From Candidatus Omnitrophota bacterium (GTDB lineage: Bacteria > Omnitrophota > Gorgyraeia > Gorgyraeales > Gorgyraeaceae): a DNA stretch of 30,815 nucleotides. The position numbers were made by a program, and so were the translations under genes. Shown piece by piece: positions 14,739 to 24,662 of the stretch. Location of the stretch: assembly GCA_018817035.1 (NCBI GenBank), contig JAHIUV010000066.1, positions 1 to 30,815 on the forward strand, in the 5' to 3' direction. Under the pieces are notes generated by a model. It searched no databases. It had not been told where the DNA came from and worked only from the letters and a program-made list of their open reading frames with translations. How positions within the stretch are numbered: position 1 is the first letter of the stretch; each line of letters opens with the position of its first letter.

Positions 14739-16262
14739 ATGAAATATTTTATTTTTCCCGTGATATTGGCTGTTTTTGCTTTTGCCCCTATAGCGATAGC
14801 CGACGAAACATGGGAGCGCGTCACAGGCATCACCGAGCCCAATATCAGGGAAATAGCCATCAGCGGCATGGCTTTATACAGCGCGTCTGCCAGGAACCTG
14901 TATCGCAGTGAAGACGACGGCAATACCTGGCACGGCGTATTTTCCGCGAGAGGCGAGGACAATGCCATAAACTTTATAGCCGCTTTAAGGAACTGCGTTT
15001 TTGTCTGCACTAACAGGGGATTATTTAAAAGCATTGACGGCAAAGCAGGATGGAAGAATATATTTAAAGGAATAGGCGCCGAAGAAAAATCAGTATTCCA
15101 CATAGCTCTTTCCGGGGACAAAAATCTCTATCTCGGCACAAAAAAAGGATTATTTACCAGCTCAGATAATGGCGCTACATGGAAAAAAGGCACAGGCCTT
15201 GCCGCGGATCTTAGCGTATCATGGGTATCTTTTTATGAAGACAGCGTACTTTTAGCCACAGAAAAAGGCATATATAAAAATTCAGGCACTGATTGGAAAA
15301 GAACATTCATCGCGTCTTCCGAGGAAACCGAATACGACATTGACTCGCAGGACGAATCCCTAAGCGCCATGAATCCGGTCAATAGCATAGCAACAGCCCA
15401 GGACAAGATCTACCTTGCCACGAACTCCGGCATATTTATAAGCGATAACAAAGGCGAATCATGGCAGAGCTTCGAGTCCACAGGCCTCGGTTCGCAAAAG
15501 ATCAACCGATTACTGGTTCTCGACTCGCAAACGCAATATCCTTCGAGCGCAGTCGAGAAGAATATATTATTTGCCGCTACTGATAATGGCGTATTTATAT
15601 TCAGTGATGACGATAAAACATGGCAAGCAGTATATAAAGGGATAGACGCAGATAAAATAAACTCTATACGCGCGGACAATAAAGGCAGGTTATGGGCTGC
15701 TACTAATAAAGGGTTATATAGATCGAAAGGGGTTCTTGGCGTTAATATTCTTCGAGCGAGTGAAACGAGTCGAGAAGAAAATATCCTGAAAGAAATCAAC
15801 CACGAACCTACCATAAGGCAAGTCCAGAATGCGGCAATCGAATACGCTGAAGTAAACCCCAACAAAATAAAAAACTGGAGAAGACGCGCAAACCTAAAAG
15901 CTTTTTTTCCGGAGGTATCAATAGATTATGACAAAACTATCAATTATGACAGCGGAGCTGATACATATTACATAGGTCCGCACGACTGGGGCGCCACCGT
16001 AAAATGGGATCTCGGCGAGCTTATATGGAATCCCGACCAGACATCAATAGACGTCAGATCAAAATTAATGGTGCAACTGCGCGACGATATACTTGACGAG
16101 GTGACAAGGGCGTATTTTGAGCGGAGAAGGTTACAGATGGAACTGCATTTCAACCCTCCGGAAAACCCAAAATCAAAGATGGAAAAAGAACTGCGCCTAC
16201 AGGAATTAACAGCCGACCTGGATGGCCTCACAGGAGGTTGCTTTTCCAGCCAACTTAAATAA
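14739..16262 (+). CDS. Secreted BNR/Asp-box beta-propeller protein with C-terminal helical domain resembling a single TolC/OEP repeat
   Basis: Signal peptide, repeated S-x-D-x-G-x-(T/S)-W Asp boxes (SEDDGNTW, SSDNGATW, SDNKGESW), and C-terminus EPTIRQVQNAAIEYA...WDLGELIW...DEVTRAYFERRRLQ. The TolC-like call is inference. Confidence 0.7.
   Translation: MKYFIFPVILAVFAFAPIAIADETWERVTGITEPNIREIAISGMALYSASARNLYRSEDDGNTWHGVFSARGEDNAINFIAALRNCVFVCTNRGLFKSIDGKAGWKNIFKGIGAEEKSVFHIALSGDKNLYLGTKKGLFTSSDNGATWKKGTGLAADLSVSWVSFYEDSVLLATEKGIYKNSGTDWKRTFIASSEETEYDIDSQDESLSAMNPVNSIATAQDKIYLATNSGIFISDNKGESWQSFESTGLGSQKINRLLVLDSQTQYPSSAVEKNILFAATDNGVFIFSDDDKTWQAVYKGIDADKINSIRADNKGRLWAATNKGLYRSKGVLGVNILRASETSREENILKEINHEPTIRQVQNAAIEYAEVNPNKIKNWRRRANLKAFFPEVSIDYDKTINYDSGADTYYIGPHDWGATVKWDLGELIWNPDQTSIDVRSKLMVQLRDDILDEVTRAYFERRRLQMELHFNPPENPKSKMEKELRLQELTADLDGLTGGCFSSQLK
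15517..15559. repeat. REP-like palindrome read in frame inside the CDS
   Basis: TTCTCGACT (15517-15525)...AATATCCTTCGAGCGCAGTCGAGAA, compared with intergenic AATATTGTTCGAGCGCAGTCGAGAA at 26301-26325. Confidence 0.75.
15744..15776. repeat. Second REP-like element in frame inside the CDS (33 nt)
   Basis: AATATTCTTCGAGCGAGTGAAACGAGTCGAGAA, compared with intergenic AATATTCTTCGAGCGACCAAAGGGAGTCGAGAA at 23724-23756. Confidence 0.85.
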
Positions 16263-16275
16263 CCATGCGGTTTTA

Positions 16276-16467
16276 GTAATCAGTGAGTTGACAGAGGAAG
16301 GTAGGTCAATATTGTTCGAGTCCCTCGACTACGCTCGGGATAAACTTAAAGAGTCGAGAACTCTCTGAACATGCTTCTCGACTACGTCCCGATACTTCGG
16401 GACTCCGCTCGAAGAATATTTACACACGGGAAAAGCTTTACAGTATCCCTGATAACTCACCGGTTAC
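16276..16467. repeat. Composite REP/MITE-like cluster
   Basis: Head-to-head TTCGAG...AGTCGAGAA units and a GTCCCGATACTTCGGGAC hairpin, bracketed by imperfect inverted ends at 16276-16297 and 16447-16467. Confidence 0.8.
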
Positions 16468-16486
16468 CGGTTTTGCTAATTTTCCC

Positions 16487-16515
16487 TTGACGCAATAAGC
16501 GCAATATGATACACT
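16487..16515 (+). promoter_or_regulatory. Putative promoter for the TPR gene and possibly polA onward
   Basis: TTGACG (16487-16492), 17 nt, TG-n-TACACT (16507-16515). Confidence 0.5.
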
Positions 16516-16523
16516 TGTGAAAA

Positions 16524-17672
16524 ATGGAGACACTGATGCGAAGGCTTTTTTCGCAATGTATTATAATAGGTTCTATTGTTCTATTAGCCACCCTTACCAT
16601 AAATACCCATTATTCATACGCTAAGACGTTACAAGAGGACGCTGAGTCTTATCGCGTTAAAGGGTATGAGGCCCAGGATGCAGGAGATATAGATTCTGCT
16701 ATTTCGTGGTACCAAAAATCCGCCAGCCTCGATCCCCGATACGCCGCGCCTCATAATGACATGGGTATTTTATTCGAGGCAAAAGGCTGGCTGGACAGGG
16801 CTGAGGGTGAATATCTTAAGGCGCTGGCGCTGGAGCCTGATTATGAAAAAGCGCACGCGAATCTCGCTCTTTTATATGAAAGAAAAGGTGAATTGGAGAA
16901 GGCCGCGTTCCATTGGATGAGGAGATATAAACTCGGCAAACCTAATGACCCGTGGACATACGAGGCCAGACGGAGACTTGAAAAGCTTGGGTTGTTGGAT
17001 AAAGAAACGAAGCAAAGACCCAGGGCTATAAAACCAGCTCCTGAAAAACGCGCCGCCTCAAAAGAGGAAAAGCCGGAAGGTTGGTTAAGATTGGACAGTA
17101 AAAAAGACACCGACAGCGCGGAACAAAAGACGAGCGGATATAAACAAAAAAAATACCCCAGCGTAAAAAAAAAGAGTAAACCCATAAAAGAAAAGAAAGC
17201 AGCGCCAAGGAAATCCGGTACTACCCGGACAAAATTTGGCACCCAGAGTTCGGCGAATGTGGACAGGCCCGCCGCGATGGATAAAGAACTTAAAGAATCC
17301 TTGAGGATGGCCGAGGAAAGACTTAAAAAAGAAAAAAGAGGTGACGCTTCTCAGGCGGTAACAAAATCTGATATAAGAGAAAAGACCCGTACGAGAGTCA
17401 TGTCTTCCGCGGGAGCAAAAGCCCAGCACGCGAAAGCTCAGGAACATTTTAAAAAAGGCGAATATTCAAACGCCTTAGACGTAATAAGGGACGCTAAGAG
17501 AGATTATCCGGGAGATCTGGATTTGCTGGAGTTAGAGCAGACGGTAAAAAACAAGATGAAGGAGGAAAGGATAAAGGACCATTACAACGAAGGTATCTTA
17601 GATTACCAGAAAGAAGATTATCCAGGGGCAAGAAAAGAATTCGAGGCGATACTTAATATTGTACCTGAATGA
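16524..17672 (+). CDS. Exported/membrane-anchored tetratricopeptide repeat protein
   Basis: Hydrophobic N-terminus, TPR patterns (AAPHNDMGILFEAKG, KAHANLALLYERKG), a Lys-rich linker, and further TPR-like helices at the C-terminus. Confidence 0.8.
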   Translation: METLMRRLFSQCIIIGSIVLLATLTINTHYSYAKTLQEDAESYRVKGYEAQDAGDIDSAISWYQKSASLDPRYAAPHNDMGILFEAKGWLDRAEGEYLKALALEPDYEKAHANLALLYERKGELEKAAFHWMRRYKLGKPNDPWTYEARRRLEKLGLLDKETKQRPRAIKPAPEKRAASKEEKPEGWLRLDSKKDTDSAEQKTSGYKQKKYPSVKKKSKPIKEKKAAPRKSGTTRTKFGTQSSANVDRPAAMDKELKESLRMAEERLKKEKRGDASQAVTKSDIREKTRTRVMSSAGAKAQHAKAQEHFKKGEYSNALDVIRDAKRDYPGDLDLLELEQTVKNKMKEERIKDHYNEGILDYQKEDYPGARKEFEAILNIVPE

Positions 17673-17728
17673 TTCTGCTGATCGGCCTAATGTGTCACAT
17701 GAACCCTTCCATTTTTAAATAGTAATCC

Positions 17729-20413
17729 ATGAAAAAAAAGAGACTTTTTTTGATAGACGGAAATGCTTTTTGTTATAGGGCTTATTACGCCATAAAAGAC
17801 CTTAAAAACTCAAAAGGCCTGCCTACTAACGCGATCTACGGCTTTATAATGATACTTAGGAAGCTGATAACGAGCGAACAGCCTGATTACCTGGCAATAG
17901 CGTTTGACCTAAAAGGCCCCACGTTCAGGCATGAAAAATTCAAAGAGTATAAAATTCACAGGAAACCCATGCCTGACGATCTTGTTTCACAGTTGCCGCG
18001 GATAAAAGAAATAGTAAATGCTTATGGGATACCTATTTTTGAAAAACAGGGCTACGAGGGCGATGATATCCTGGCCACTGTCGCTAAAAAAACAGCCGGA
18101 AAAGAAATCGAGGTTTATATAGTCACGGGAGATAAAGACGCCTTGCAGTTGGTCGGTCCTGATATAAAGGTTTACAGTACGCATAAAGAAGGACTCGTGT
18201 ATGATGATGCCGCTGTCAGGGAAAAGTTTTCAGGCCTTGGCCCGGAGAGCATAGTAGATCTGATGGCGCTTGCCGGGGATGCCAGCGATAACATACCGGG
18301 AGTGCGCGGCATAGGCAGTAAAACAGCCATTGAGCTGATAAAAGAGTTTGAGACAGTGGATAACCTATATAAAAACCTGGATAAGATAAAGAGCGAAGCC
18401 AGAAGAAAATTATTGCGCGACGGCGAGGAAAGCGCGCGCCTGTCTAAGGAGCTTGCTACCGTGGATGTTTCAGTCCCTATGGATATAGATATTTCAGCCA
18501 TGGCTACAGGCGAAGAGCCTGATACCGTGAAATTACAGGAAATATTCAAAGAACTTGAGTTCAAGAATCTCGCCAGGGAAATAAGCGCGTCAAATTCCAG
18601 GCTCCGTGACGATGCCAGGTACGAGACTATTATTGATAAAAAAGGTTTTGACGCTTTTATGAAGGATCTGGAAAAAGAAAATTCCTTTGTCTTTGATTTT
18701 GAGACCACGAGCGAAGATCCCCTTGAGGCAGTGCCGGTAGGCGTCTCTTTCTGCTGGAAAGAAGGGGAGGCCTTTTATATAGCGCTTTCTTCAGAAAAAA
18801 CTGTCACAGGCGTGGACATGGATTACGCGTTCAAGGCGCTTAAGCCTATCATGGAAAATGAAAAAATAAAAAAAACCGGACAAAATGTAAAATACGAGGC
18901 ATTGATCCTCGCGCGCCGCGGCATAAGCCTCAGGGGAATAGATTTTGACACGATGATAGCGTCTTACCTTTTAAACCCCTCTAAGATGAACCATAATCTT
19001 GACGATTTGGCGTTTGAGCACCTTGACCATAAAATGATACCCATTAAAGATCTTCTTGGATCAGGTAAAAACAGGATAACCATGGACAAGGTACCGGTTG
19101 ATAAAGTCTCTGAGTATTCCTGCGAGGATAGTGATGTTACGTTCAGGCTTAAGGAAATATTCGAGCCTGAACTCTTCACTAAAGAGCTCGACAGCCTTTT
19201 TAGGGACATCGAACTCCCGCTGGTGGACGTGCTTTTAAATATGGAACAAAACGGTATGAAAATAGATACAGGCCTTTTGAAAAAGACCTCAAAGGACATG
19301 GATAAGGAACTCTCAGGCATAGTAAAGGATATCTACGAGATAGCCGGCGGTGAATTCAATATAAACTCTCCTAAGCAGTTAAGCGAGATACTTTTTGAGA
19401 GATTAGGGCTGCCTGTGGTAAAAAAGACAAAAACAGGTTTTTCTACTGACGTGGGTGTCCTGGAGAGATTATCGGCGGCGCACCCTCTCCCAAAAGAACT
19501 CTTGAGATACAGGGAACTGACGAAACTAAAGTCTACTTATGTAGACGCCCTGCCGGACATGGTCAGCCCAAGGACCGGACGGCTCCATACTTCTTTTAAC
19601 CAGACAGTCACCGCGACGGGCAGGCTTTCCTCCAGTAGCCCAAACCTTCAGAATATCCCGGTCAAAACCAAACAAGGCAGGGAGATAAGAAGGGCTTTTA
19701 TCGGAGAGAAAGGCACGAGCATTATAGCCGCTGATTATTCCCAGATAGAGCTAAGGATCCTGGCGCATTTGTCAGGAGATGAGGAATTAATAAGCGCCTT
19801 CGAAAAAGAAGCCGACGTACACAGGCATACAGCTTCCCTGGTCTTTGACGTCAGTGAAGATGAAGTAACGCCTGATATGCGCGCTAACGCCAAGACAGTG
19901 AACTTTGGTATAATATATGGCATGAGCGCGTATGGGCTGTCCAGGGGGCTGGGCATAGATCCGGCAAGCGCCCAGCAGTTTATAGATTCTTATTTCGAGC
20001 GTTATCCCAGGGTCAAACTGTATATGAATGACACCATAGAGTCCGCGCGCGAGACAGGATTTGTGACCACGATCTTTAACAGGCGCAGGTATATACCCGA
20101 GATCACTACCGGCGCCCTCAGGGAGCAACAGCAGGCAGAGAGAATAGCGATAAATGCTCCTATACAGGGCTCAGCAGCGGATCTTATAAAAATAGCCATG
20201 ATAGATATTTACAGGGAAATAAATAAAAGGCGGCTTTCATCAATGATGATACTCCAGGTGCACGACGAACTGGTATTTGAAGTGCCGGAGAAAGAAATGG
20301 ATATAATGAGGGACTTGGTCAAGGAAAAAATGGAAGGAGCGGTAAAATTACGCGTGCCTGTAAAAATAACCATAAAACACGGCAAAAACTGGTTAGACAC
20401 CACCCCATTTTAA
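17729..20413 (+). CDS. polA: DNA polymerase I
   Basis: 5'-3' exonuclease (LIDGNAFCYRAYYA, YEGDD, GDKD), 3'-5' exonuclease-like DFETT, and polymerase motifs DYSQIELR, KTVNFGIIYG and LQVHDEL. Confidence 0.98.
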   Translation: MKKKRLFLIDGNAFCYRAYYAIKDLKNSKGLPTNAIYGFIMILRKLITSEQPDYLAIAFDLKGPTFRHEKFKEYKIHRKPMPDDLVSQLPRIKEIVNAYGIPIFEKQGYEGDDILATVAKKTAGKEIEVYIVTGDKDALQLVGPDIKVYSTHKEGLVYDDAAVREKFSGLGPESIVDLMALAGDASDNIPGVRGIGSKTAIELIKEFETVDNLYKNLDKIKSEARRKLLRDGEESARLSKELATVDVSVPMDIDISAMATGEEPDTVKLQEIFKELEFKNLAREISASNSRLRDDARYETIIDKKGFDAFMKDLEKENSFVFDFETTSEDPLEAVPVGVSFCWKEGEAFYIALSSEKTVTGVDMDYAFKALKPIMENEKIKKTGQNVKYEALILARRGISLRGIDFDTMIASYLLNPSKMNHNLDDLAFEHLDHKMIPIKDLLGSGKNRITMDKVPVDKVSEYSCEDSDVTFRLKEIFEPELFTKELDSLFRDIELPLVDVLLNMEQNGMKIDTGLLKKTSKDMDKELSGIVKDIYEIAGGEFNINSPKQLSEILFERLGLPVVKKTKTGFSTDVGVLERLSAAHPLPKELLRYRELTKLKSTYVDALPDMVSPRTGRLHTSFNQTVTATGRLSSSSPNLQNIPVKTKQGREIRRAFIGEKGTSIIAADYSQIELRILAHLSGDEELISAFEKEADVHRHTASLVFDVSEDEVTPDMRANAKTVNFGIIYGMSAYGLSRGLGIDPASAQQFIDSYFERYPRVKLYMNDTIESARETGFVTTIFNRRRYIPEITTGALREQQQAERIAINAPIQGSAADLIKIAMIDIYREINKRRLSSMMILQVHDELVFEVPEKEMDIMRDLVKEKMEGAVKLRVPVKITIKHGKNWLDTTPF

Positions 20414-20441
20414 AAAAATAAAGGACACAACCGACTCGAAA

Positions 20442-20526
20442 AATATTCTTCGAGCGGAGTCCCGAAGTATCGGGACGGAGTCGAGAAGCTAACTTCATAA
20501 AACTGCAATGCACTGTGAAGTTAAGG
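20442..20526. repeat. REP-like element plus AACTTCA...TGAAGTT hairpin
   Basis: AATATTCTTCGAGCGGAGTCCCGAAGTATCGGGACGGAGTCGAGAA, near-identical to 30351-30396. Confidence 0.85.
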
Positions 20527-20536
20527 AAAGATTAAT

Positions 20537-21121
20537 ATGATAATAGGCATTACCGGAAGTTTCGGGAGCGGCAAGACCACAGTGGCAAAGATGTTTGACA
20601 GGCTGGGCGCTTATGTCATTGACGCGGATAAAACCTGTCATTCATTAATGAAACCCGGCGGAAAGGTTTATGTTGAAATAATAAAATGTTTCGGCCGCGT
20701 TATTTTAAATAAAGCAGGCCGCATAGACAGGAAAAAGCTGGCGAGTGTTGTTTTTAAAAACAGGGCCAAAGTAGCCTTATTGAATAACATAGTGCATCCT
20801 GAGGCCATAAAAGAAATAAAAAAACTGATCCGATCTAACAAGGGCAGAGGAGTTATCGTCGTGGATGCGCCTCTTCTGATAGAGTCAGGCTTTTATAAAA
20901 AAATGGATAAGATAGTATTGGTAAAAAGTATTTTGTCAAATCAGGTCTCCAGGGCAGTATTGACAAGAGATGTGAGCGAAAAAGAAATAACCAGGAGAAT
21001 GCGGATGCAGGCGCCGCTTAAGAAAAAACTGGCGTTGGCTGATTTTATCATAGATAATAACGGTTCAAAGAAAAAAACCTTACTCCAGGTCAAAGAGATC
21101 TGGAAACACGCGGGAGCTTAA
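20537..21121 (+). CDS. coaE: Dephospho-CoA kinase
   Basis: [13 protein letters not shown]-loop, DAD, IVHP, DAPLLIE and IIDNNG motifs; polA-coaE synteny. Confidence 0.95.
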   Translation: MIIGITGSFGSGKTTVAKMFDRLGAYVIDADKTCHSLMKPGGKVYVEIIKCFGRVILNKAGRIDRKKLASVVFKNRAKVALLNNIVHPEAIKEIKKLIRSNKGRGVIVVDAPLLIESGFYKKMDKIVLVKSILSNQVSRAVLTRDVSEKEITRRMRMQAPLKKKLALADFIIDNNGSKKKTLLQVKEIWKHAGA

Positions 21122-21123
21122 TT

Positions 21124-22389
21124 ATGATAACAAAAGAAAAAATGGATATTGAAAAATTAAAAGCTATGAAAATGCCGGAGTTGAATAAAGTCGCGAAAGA
21201 TATGAATATCAACGGCATAGCCAGCCTGCGAAAAGAGGAAATAATCTTTAAAGTCCTTCAGGCGCAGACTGAAAAAGACGGGCTTATTTTTGGCGAAGGG
21301 GTGCTCGAAAGACTGCCTGATGGGTTCGGATTTTTGCGTTCGCCGAATTATAGCTATTTACCGTGCCCCGACGATATATATGTTTCCCCATCCCAGATCA
21401 AGAAGTTTAACATGAGGACAGGCGATACGGTAAGCGGGCAGATACGGCCTCCGAAAGAAGGCGAAAAATATTTCGCGCTTTTAAAAGTAGAGGCTATTAA
21501 TTTTGGGAGCCCTGAGGCTTCGAAGGATAAGATCATATTCGATCATCTTACGCCTCTTTATCCTGAACAAAGGTTTGTTTTGGAGATAGACCAGAACGAG
21601 CTTACGACACGCGTCATGGACCTGTTGACGCCCCTGGGAAGGGGCCAGAGGGCAATGATAGTCGCGCCGCCATACAGCGGCAAAACAATAATAATGCAAA
21701 AGGTCGCCAACAGCATAGCGACTAATTCCCCTGATGCTATCATTATAGTCCTTCTCATAGACGAGAGGCCCGAGGAAGTCACTGATATGAAGCGTTCCGT
21801 GAAAGGCGAGGTCATCAGTTCCACGTTTGACGAGCCGGCGGAAAGACACGTGCAGGTCGCGGAAATGGTACTCGAAAAAGCAAAAAGGCTGGTCGAACAT
21901 AAAAAAGACGTAGTCATACTTTTAGACAGCATAACGCGCCTTGCCAGGGCATACAACACCGTAGTCCCTCACTCTGGAAAAATACTTTCCGGAGGCGTGG
22001 ACTCAAACGCGCTTCATAAACCTAAGAGATTTTTCGGCGCCGCGAGGAACATAGAAGAAGGCGGCAGCCTTACCATTATAGCGACAGCGCTGGTGGATAC
22101 CGGCAGTCGCATGGACGAGGTTATTTTTGAGGAGTTCAAAGGCACGGGCAACATGGAATTACAGCTGGACAGGAACCTTTTCCAGAGAAGGGTCTATCCG
22201 GCTATTGACATAAAGAGATCTAATACCAGAAAAGAAGAACTGTTGATGGAAGAAAAAGAGATCCAGAGGGTCTGGATATTAAGAAAAGTCCTTAACGAGC
22301 TGAACGGGGTCGAGGCAATGGAACTATTGCTCGGAAAACTCAAAAGAACAAAGACTAACGAGGAATTTTTAGAAACCATGAACCAGTAA
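21124..22389 (+). CDS. rho: Transcription termination factor Rho
   Basis: [22 protein letters not shown]...APPYSGKT and DSITRLARA motifs. Confidence 0.98.
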   Translation: MITKEKMDIEKLKAMKMPELNKVAKDMNINGIASLRKEEIIFKVLQAQTEKDGLIFGEGVLERLPDGFGFLRSPNYSYLPCPDDIYVSPSQIKKFNMRTGDTVSGQIRPPKEGEKYFALLKVEAINFGSPEASKDKIIFDHLTPLYPEQRFVLEIDQNELTTRVMDLLTPLGRGQRAMIVAPPYSGKTIIMQKVANSIATNSPDAIIIVLLIDERPEEVTDMKRSVKGEVISSTFDEPAERHVQVAEMVLEKAKRLVEHKKDVVILLDSITRLARAYNTVVPHSGKILSGGVDSNALHKPKRFFGAARNIEEGGSLTIIATALVDTGSRMDEVIFEEFKGTGNMELQLDRNLFQRRVYPAIDIKRSNTRKEELLMEEKEIQRVWILRKVLNELNGVEAMELLLGKLKRTKTNEEFLETMNQ

Positions 22390-22403
22390 AAGAGGAGGCT
22401 GTC

Positions 22404-22604
22404 ATGAAGAAAAAAATCCATCCACAATACAAGGAAGCGACGATAATATGCGCTTGCGGAGAGGTCATCCATACCAGCTCCACAAAGCAGAATATCCGCG
22501 TGGAGCTATGCTCCAAATGCCACCCGTTTTTCACCGGGAAGCAGAAATTCATAGATTCCGCGGGACGCGTAGAGAAATTCCTGAAAAAATACAAAAAGAA
22601 ATAA
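22404..22604 (+). CDS. rpmE: 50S ribosomal protein L31, zinc-binding type
   Basis: [23 protein letters not shown] and GRVEKF motifs; SD GGAGG. Confidence 0.96.
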   Translation: MKKKIHPQYKEATIICACGEVIHTSSTKQNIRVELCSKCHPFFTGKQKFIDSAGRVEKFLKKYKKK

Positions 22605-22606
22605 CT

Positions 22607-23671
22607 ATGTTCGAAAAGCTCGAAAACCTGTTAAAGCGGTACGAAGACATCCATCGCCTGATGGCTGACGGTGAGGTGGCCTCTAATAGAGAGCGTTATC
22701 AAAAACTCGCGAAAGAGGCTTCGTCTATAGAGGATACCGTAAAAAAGTACAGGGAATACAAAAAAATAATTTCCGAAATAGAAGGCGCCAAAAATCTGCT
22801 GGAGAACGAGACGCATTCAGATCTCATAGAGATGGCGGGCGCCGAGGTAAAGGATCTCGATGTTAAAAAAGAAAAACTCAGGCTTGAGCTCGAGGAGATG
22901 CTGCTCGAGGATGATCCTGACAGGGACAAGGACGTCATAATGGAAATACGCGCCGGCACAGGCGGAGCAGAGGCGTCTTTGTTCGCCGGGGACCTGTTCA
23001 GGATGTATTCTAAATATGCCGCAGGCGTAAACTGGAAAATAGATGTAATAGACAGCCATGTCGCGGAAGCGGGAGGTTTTAAGGAAATAGTATTCTCGGT
23101 CAGGGGAAAAGGCGTCTATGGTAAATTAAAATACGAAATAGGCGCGCACAGGGTGCAGAGAGTGCCGGCAACGGAAGCGTCAGGCAGGATACACACTTCC
23201 GCCGTTACGGTCGCGGTACTTCCCGAGGCAGAGGACGTGGATATAGATATCAACCAGCAGGACCTTAAGATAGATACTTACAGGTCAGGCGGAGCCGGAG
23301 GACAGCACGTTAATGTCACAGATTCGGCAGTCAGGATCACCCATATCCCCACGGGTACCGTGGTCCAGTGCCAGAACGAAAGATCCCAGCTTAAGAATAA
23401 GCAATCGGCTATGAAGGTCTTAAAAGCAAGGATCCTTGACAATCTAAAGATGGAACAACATAAAAAAATGGCGGATAAGAGAAAAAGCCAGGTAGGCACA
23501 GGAGACCGCAGCGAAAAGATACGCACGTACAATTTTCCCGACAGGCGCATAACAGATCACAGGATAGGTTTTACCATACATAAACTGGACAGGGCAATGG
23601 AAGGCGAAATAGGCGAGATATTTGACGCCCTGGCGCAAGCGGAAAGAAAACTAAAACTAAGCAACCAGTAG
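22607..23671 (+). CDS. prfA: Peptide chain release factor 1
   Basis: GGQ motif and PAT anticodon-mimic tripeptide (RF1-type). Start moved to ATG 22607, just after the rpmE stop. Confidence 0.96.
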   Translation: MFEKLENLLKRYEDIHRLMADGEVASNRERYQKLAKEASSIEDTVKKYREYKKIISEIEGAKNLLENETHSDLIEMAGAEVKDLDVKKEKLRLELEEMLLEDDPDRDKDVIMEIRAGTGGAEASLFAGDLFRMYSKYAAGVNWKIDVIDSHVAEAGGFKEIVFSVRGKGVYGKLKYEIGAHRVQRVPATEASGRIHTSAVTVAVLPEAEDVDIDINQQDLKIDTYRSGGAGGQHVNVTDSAVRITHIPTGTVVQCQNERSQLKNKQSAMKVLKARILDNLKMEQHKKMADKRKSQVGTGDRSEKIRTYNFPDRRITDHRIGFTIHKLDRAMEGEIGEIFDALAQAERKLKLSNQ

Positions 23672-23674
23672 AGA

Positions 23675-23797
23675 GTCATTGCGAGGAGTCCCGAAGTTTT
23701 GGGACGACGAAGCAATCTCAGGCAATATTCTTCGAGCGACCAAAGGGAGTCGAGAAGATAACTTCACAATCATACATCGTATGTTTGTGAAGTTAAG
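23675..23797. repeat. Composite REP cluster (three modules)
   Basis: GTCATTGCGA...GAAGCAATCTC with internal GTCCCGAAGTTTTGGGAC, then AATATTCTTCGAGCG...AGTCGAGAA, then AACTTCACAA...TTGTGAAGTT. Confidence 0.85.
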
Positions 23798-23816
23798 GCA
23801 AAAGGTTTAGACGATA

Positions 23817-24662
23817 ATGGATACCGTAAAGCAAAAAAAAGATATTTTTTATCTGCTCAATAAATATTCCGAGTGTTTTCCTCGCGCGGAGATCGAGGCC
23901 TTGTTGTCGCGCATATTCGCCTGTTCAAGGACAGCGCTTTATACCGATGACATTTTAGCGGATGATAAAACTGAGCGCTTGTGCGATTCTATGATGGAGA
24001 GGAGAGCATCAGGAGAACCCCTCCAGTACATAACGGGTTCCGCTGAATTCATGGGCTCTGATTTTAATGTGAATAACAGTGTCCTGATACCGCGTCCGGA
24101 AACGGAAATACTGGTAAGAGAAGTACTCGCTTCCGCTATGCCCGGATCAAAAATACTGGACATGTGCGCGGGTTCGGGCAATATAGCCGTTAGTTTGGCC
24201 AAGGCAATGCCTTCCCTTAACGTGACAGCTGTCGATATTTCGGGCGCGGCGATTGAGACAGCGCGCGCTAACTGTGTTTATCATTGCGGCTCCGAAAAAG
24301 TCAGATTTTACAAAAGCGATCTTTTTGACGCTTTACCCTTGGATAAAAAATATAAATTTGATATAATAGTGTGCAATCCGCCTTATGTTAAAAGCGCGGA
24401 TATGGATTTTTTACAAAAAGAAGTAACGCGTGAGCCCAGGATCGCTCTTGACGGAGGAGCCGACGGCCTGGATTTTTACAGGCGGATAGCTCAGCGCGCG
24501 GGAGATTATTTGGCGCCTAAAGGTTCGATAGCGTTAGAAGCCGGGATAGGCCAGGCGGAAAACATAAAAGCTATTTTTGAAGTCAATAATATATTTAATG
24601 TCAGCAGGATAATAAAAGATTTTGCCGGCATAGACAGGGTATTGTGGATAGATTTATTATAG
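23817..24662 (+). CDS. prmC: Release factor glutamine methyltransferase
   Basis: GEPLQYI, VLIPRPETE, LDMCAGSG, NPPY and ALDGGADGL motifs; follows prfA. Confidence 0.95.
   Translation: MDTVKQKKDIFYLLNKYSECFPRAEIEALLSRIFACSRTALYTDDILADDKTERLCDSMMERRASGEPLQYITGSAEFMGSDFNVNNSVLIPRPETEILVREVLASAMPGSKILDMCAGSGNIAVSLAKAMPSLNVTAVDISGAAIETARANCVYHCGSEKVRFYKSDLFDALPLDKKYKFDIIVCNPPYVKSADMDFLQKEVTREPRIALDGGADGLDFYRRIAQRAGDYLAPKGSIALEAGIGQAENIKAIFEVNNIFNVSRIIKDFAGIDRVLWIDLL

Noticed and set aside
22448-22606. Long N-terminal extensions in the ORF track for prfA (also 3793, 27410, 28054)
   Set aside because: They overlap upstream genes in another frame; downstream ATGs give normal protein starts.
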